From Gemmatimonadota bacterium (lineage in GTDB: Bacteria > Gemmatimonadota > Gemmatimonadetes > Longimicrobiales > Gaopeijiaceae): 64,000 nt of DNA. The stretch lies in NCBI GenBank assembly GCA_007121775.1, contig SKJY01000097.1:5138-69137 (forward strand), read 5' to 3'. This document shows positions 63,457-64,000 of this stretch, piece after piece; within the stretch, counting starts at the first letter, position 1, and each line of letters begins with the position of its first letter. Under the pieces are notes generated by a model that was not told the DNA's origin, did not search any database, and saw only the letters and a list, made by a program, of their open reading frames with translations. The position numbers were made by a program, and so were the translations under genes.

Positions 63457-63551
63457 GGTTCGCTCCTGGTTCGGATCCGGGACGGGGCCAAAACCTGAAA
63501 ACTAGGCTCGCCGCCGGAAGGATTCCAGGGCTTGGTGGCGGTGCGGCGTTC

Positions 63552-64000
63552 TCAACTTCCTGCCCGCGGCACCTCCATCCTGAGGACACGTCCCAGGCGC
63601 TGGCCGGTGAACTCCCCATCCCGGATGGCGGCCCCACCGTTCACGAACACATGGATCATCCCATGGGAAAGCTGATGGGGTTCGGTGAAGGTGGCCCGGT
63701 CCTCGACCCGGTCCAGGTCGAAGACTACGATGTCGGCGGCTGCTCCGGCACGCAGCACTCCCCGATCCTCCATCCGATGCACCAGTGCCGGGAGCGATGT
63801 CATCTTCCGGACCGCGTCTTCCAGAGTGAGGATGCCGTCTTCCACCACGTATTTCCGGAGCACTCGGGGGAAGGCCCCATAGGAGCGGGGATGGGGAACC
63901 CCCTCACCCCAGCGGGGGAAGGAACCGTCTGAGGCAATCATATTCCAGGGCTGGCGCATGAAGGCATGGACGTCGGCGTCGTCCATGTTGAACGAGACGA
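63552..64000 (-). CDS. N-acyl-D-amino-acid deacylase (amidohydrolase), C-terminal part; gene runs off the window
   Basis: ASDG, HPRSYGAFPRVL, AVRKMTSLPA, DRGVL..ADIVVFD, VFVNG. Confidence 0.88.
   Translation of the reverse strand, partial: VSFNMDDADVHAFMRQPWNMIASDGSFPRWGEGVPHPRSYGAFPRVLRKYVVEDGILTLEDAVRKMTSLPALVHRMEDRGVLRAGAAADIVVFDLDRVEDRATFTEPHQLSHGMIHVFVNGGAAIRDGEFTGQRLGRVLRMEVPRAGS

Overview
High-GC (by eye about 65-70%) Gram-negative bacterial chromosome segment, gene-dense, with no mobile element, CRISPR array, rRNA or tRNA that I could detect. Gene content and several lineage-specific hypotheticals suggest Gemmatimonadota (inference). In order: gyrB, dciA(DUF721), recF, enoyl-CoA hydratase, ssb; a block of orphan genes around rpsU, two of which share an unnamed helical domain; a five-gene minus-strand operon (TPR, double-zinc-ribbon protein, cupredoxin-like lipoprotein without copper ligands, PilB-like pseudo-ATPase with MshEN domain, PilT-like ATPase without the His box); a PorX-like REC-PglZ regulator leading msbA-lpxL-GT2; a P-type ATPase; a 16-kb alpha-glucan/trehalose cluster (glgP, glgE, treS-mak, malQ-glgB fusion with an internal in-frame start, GH57/DUF3536, HAD-otsB); ABC-F and a TonB-like protein; a ba3-type oxidase operon including a 50-aa subunit IIa absent from the ORF track, and ctaB; dmpA, a thioredoxin-like protein, typA, ArsR; a tandem-domain lipoprotein and an MlrC/M81 lipoprotein; a PafB/PafC-like WYL pair; USP, an RsmB/F methyltransferase, a deoxyhypusine-synthase-like gene and a partial D-aminoacylase. 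The best candidates for undescribed biology are the degenerate PilB/PilT operon, the PafBC-like pair outside Actinobacteria, the PorX-like regulator coupled to lipid A export, the dual-start MalQ-GlgB fusion and the paralogous orphan domain. All calls come from reading motifs by eye; no searches were run.
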